Assembly (NCBI GenBank): GCA_049297675.1
Contig: JBAQUS010000006.1
Location: 1-57,152, forward strand
Direction of reading: 5' to 3'
Length of the DNA stretch: 57,152 nt
From: Minisyncoccia bacterium
Lineage (GTDB): Bacteria > Patescibacteriota > Minisyncoccia > Phycocordibacterales > DATDWN01
Shown: positions 55,000-57,152 of the stretch, one piece after another
How positions within the stretch are numbered: the stretch's first letter is position 1
How the letters are laid out: every line of letters begins with the position of its first letter
The notes under the pieces: generated by a model
Told to the model about the DNA's origin: nothing
Database searches by the model: none
What the model saw: only the letters and a program-made list of their open reading frames with translations
Made by a program: the position numbers and the translations under genes

Positions 55000-55161
55000 A
55001 CGAACCGCCTCATTTCCGAAAAATCCCCCTTTTGGATTTGGAAGCCAGAATTTGAATTCGCCCAGACCACCCTTGCCCGTTTTGCCGTTCGGCAAAACGA
55101 ATCCGCCGTGATTTCCCCGATTTCTTTTTCTGAAACTGACCGAAGTCCTATTTTGTGCTCT
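55000..55161. repeat. right arm of 162-bp inverted repeat, upstream of the recombinase gene
   Basis: ACGAACCGCCTCATTTCCGAAAAATCCCCC...CCTATTTTGTGCTCT. It encodes a near-copy of the recombinase C-terminal ~54 residues on the plus strand. Confidence 0.9.
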
Positions 55162-55431
55162 TTAATTAACTTTGCTCGAACCTATTTTAGCAAGAATGTG
55201 TGAGTAATGTAAGTGGTAACTCTGACAATGAATTCCGTCACGGCATCGCTACACACTCCACGACACGCCCGAAGGCGAGTCCTTCCGTGTTTCGCTCTGC
55301 CGTACCGCCCTCATCCCCATCGCTTTCCATTCTGGTTTTGTTTGCGCGGGATTTCCTTTTTCGGAATGGGCGATTGGGCTTCGGGCAATGATTACTTAAA
55401 AAGTATAATAAAAAAGTAAAAACTTTATATT

Positions 55432-55475
55432 AAAAAGACCCCGTGCAGAGATCGTACATTTCTGCACGGGGTCTC
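55432..55475 (-). terminator. rho-independent terminator of the G+C-rich membrane protein gene
   Basis: Reverse strand reads GAGACCCCGTGCAGAAATG...CTCTGCACGGGGTC followed by TTTTT. Confidence 0.7.
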
Positions 55476-55495
55476 TATCGGGGTCATGTCCGAGA

Positions 55496-56296
55496 CTAGC
55501 GGAAGAGCGACTTGGCTCCAGCGATTTGCATCACGCGGACAGTGATGATTTCGTAGTTCAGTACGCCGAGAAGTGCCCCAGCGGTTGCGCCAATCAGGGC
55601 GTTTCCACTGAAATAGCCGACGGCTGTACCGAGTGCTGCATCCACCGCACACAGAAGCCGAAGCTCTGAATGGATGAGGCGGAAAAGTGTTGCAGTGAAT
55701 TTACAAATGCCGACCAGCACTCCAATCACGAAATTGACTGCGATGGGAGTTGCTACCACCAACCCTCGGATGAACTTCGGCAACTCTTCAGTTGCCATCA
55801 AGTTGCAGTACTTGAAGAAGTTTGGGAAATCCGCTGAGGTGACGACATGCGAATTCCTCCAGTCATTTCTTTCACGATTTCTGATGACTCCGGACATGCT
55901 GGCACTTGCGGACATCAAGCCCATGAAGACACCCATCGCAAAAGAAATTGCGATTTGCATCATGATGACCCTCGTCAGACTCATCGTGCTGCTCAACCAC
56001 GTAAGTGGTGCTGCAAACAAACCAATGGTCATCAGAATGTTGAAACCGGCGTTGAAGAATTCACAAAAAACCTTCCTCCAGCAGAACCAGTACTCACTAT
56101 CCGGTCTCCACGAAGTGGTCCTTCGGTAAGCAACCGGAATGGCCAACACGATCTCCTCGATGTTGTATCCGAGGTAAGCCACGAACGCGCCAACAATGGC
56201 GCCAACGGGCCAGCCAATGGTTCCAATCTGGAGAGCGATGATGCTCCCAATGAAAGCTCCGACGAAGCAGGCGAGTGCAATCTTTCTCGTTTCCAT
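55496..56296 (-). CDS. hypothetical multi-pass membrane protein (G+C-rich, island cargo)
   Basis: 266 aa with Gly/Ala-rich TM helices at both ends. It is preceded by GAGAGGAG and a consensus promoter. Confidence 0.6.
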   Translation of the reverse strand: METRKIALACFVGAFIGSIIALQIGTIGWPVGAIVGAFVAYLGYNIEEIVLAIPVAYRRTTSWRPDSEYWFCWRKVFCEFFNAGFNILMTIGLFAAPLTWLSSTMSLTRVIMMQIAISFAMGVFMGLMSASASMSGVIRNRERNDWRNSHVVTSADFPNFFKYCNLMATEELPKFIRGLVVATPIAVNFVIGVLVGICKFTATLFRLIHSELRLLCAVDAALGTAVGYFSGNALIGATAGALLGVLNYEIITVRVMQIAGAKSLFR

Positions 56297-56360
56297 TTAG
56301 CTACTCCTCTCAAGGTGCAGATTTCCAGCGAAAATCGCTGGACTTACGAACTCTAGTTGT

Positions 56361-56390
56361 ATTATACACCATAGTATAGTATTATGTCAA
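56361..56390 (-). promoter_or_regulatory. consensus sigma70 promoter for the membrane protein gene
   Basis: Reverse strand reads TTGACA, an 18-nt spacer, then TATAAT. Confidence 0.5.
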
Positions 56391-56529
56391 ATTTACGCGG
56401 AATTCAATCCTGGAAACATTATCACTAATATATTCCGATCTTAATTTGACATTAATACACCACTTGCTATACTAATGATACAAAGTGCCGAAAGGCTCCG
56501 AGAAACCCCGCAGAGATGCGGGATTTCGA

Positions 56530-56934
56530 TTACTCCAAAAATCCACTTAATTTAACTTTTATTTCCTTGAGATTATTTGACGAAATATCATACAATTTTC
56601 TTTTCAATCTTTTTACACTTACCAACTTTAATTGAGCAAGAATAACAGAAACTTTTTCTCCGTTTGGGTCAGTAAAATTGAAGTAAAAATCAAATTTCTT
56701 TTGTTTGGTCGAAAGTGAAGCACACCAAAACATGTGATTGTTAAACTTTTTAACAACGAGGATTGGTCTTGAAAAATTACTGCCACTACCGTTTTGTTCA
56801 AAGCCAATATTTTTACCTAGTGAACACATCCAAACTTCTCCTTCTTTTGGGAAATAATCTGGTTCACTGGTGTCAGACTGAATTTTCTTTTTCAGTTCGT
56901 TCCACAAGTCATATTCTTTATCATCATTGTTCAT
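56530..56934 (-). CDS. PemK/MazF-like toxin-fold protein, no adjacent antitoxin ORF seen
   Basis: 134 aa with GEVWMCSLGKNIGFEQNGSGSNFSRPILVV...CASLST...AQLKLVSVKRL, a pattern typical of the MazF/PemK SH3-like fold. Confidence 0.6.
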   Translation of the reverse strand: MNNDDKEYDLWNELKKKIQSDTSEPDYFPKEGEVWMCSLGKNIGFEQNGSGSNFSRPILVVKKFNNHMFWCASLSTKQKKFDFYFNFTDPNGEKVSVILAQLKLVSVKRLKRKLYDISSNNLKEIKVKLSGFLE

Positions 56935-57051
56935 TTTGCTATCTTCTCAAATTATCACAAAAATCTCAACTACCAGTATTTCTAGTTTGAAGCTCGAAGC
57001 GTAACCAGTAATAGACCGTTTGTGTATGTACTGGACCCCATTCTTTAGACA

Positions 57052-57152
57052 CTAATTCTGTATCTGTATTTTAGTATTTTGAGCGAAAATTGTAAACTCA
57101 ATCGGTGACATTTTAAGTGCTGTATGTATTCTCTTGTGGTTGTAGATGTAAA
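57052..57152 (-). mobile_element. 3' end of an rve (DDE integrase-core) transposase gene, truncated by the window edge
   Basis: Reverse-strand translation gives YIYNHKRIHTALKMSPIEFTIFAQNTKIQIQN followed by a stop. YNxxRxHxxL..SP.EF is the characteristic C-terminal end of IS3/IS481-type rve transposases. Confidence 0.5.

Noticed and set aside
54997-55203. 68-aa plus-strand ORF (MTNRLISEKSPFWIWKPEFEFAQ...)
   Set aside because: It is the right arm of the 162-bp inverted repeat, that is, a copy of the recombinase 3' end, not an independent gene. It is reported as a repeat instead.
55200-55419. Two overlapping plus-strand ORFs (63 and 68 aa) in the G+C-rich spacer right of the inverted repeat
   Set aside because: They have no RBS or promoter, overlap each other in different frames, and are Arg/Pro/Ser-rich as expected for random G+C-rich sequence. 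The region may be a gene remnant.

Overview
Low-GC, gene-dense window, mostly transcribed on the minus strand. It looks like a reduced-genome bacterium of the Patescibacteria/CPR type; that placement is inference from gene content, an unlinked intron-bearing 23S and weak or absent Shine-Dalgarno sites.

Contents:
- The 5' two-thirds of a 23S rRNA gene, with no adjacent 16S, two group I introns and several expansion insertions.
- Core information-processing genes: rplL, rplJ, rpsR, ssb, rpsF, rplK, nusG, secE, rplS, efp, recA, recO, ftsK, tsaC and an RluA-type synthase.
- Four aminoacyl-tRNA synthetases: metG, glyQS, argS, and ileS behind a T-box leader.
- A contiguous thymidylate module: dcd, thyX-like, tmk, glyA, mazG-like and DNPH1-like.
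- Four tRNAs: His, Leu, Val and Arg.
- A 1147-aa surface protein.
- RelE/RelB and an orphan PemK-like toxin.
- A free-standing LAGLIDADG gene.
- A tRNA-Arg-associated island with a large serine recombinase and a partial rve transposase at the right edge.

The main non-routine signal is the density of small palindromic mobile repeats.
1. A family with ATCCCGTTAGA...TCTAACGGGAT termini sits on gene start codons. One copy carries a GIY-YIG nuclease ORF, and a 49-nt mini copy lies in frame inside argS.
2. An ACGAAT-rich palindromic family has at least 10 copies. These lie in 5' gene flanks, inside 23S rRNA, and in frame inside a methyltransferase gene.
3. A CCCCGAACTAA...TTAGTTCGGGG hairpin family is found in 23S, in an intron P8 and in spacers.

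Other points of interest:
- An IleRS with a complete histidine-phosphatase domain inserted in it.
- A double-domain ThyX-like protein.
- 162-bp inverted repeats bracketing the serine recombinase gene.
- An unassigned, roughly 400-nt G+C-rich structured RNA upstream of secE.
- A small G+C-rich cassette that encodes a 40-aa hydrophobic peptide.
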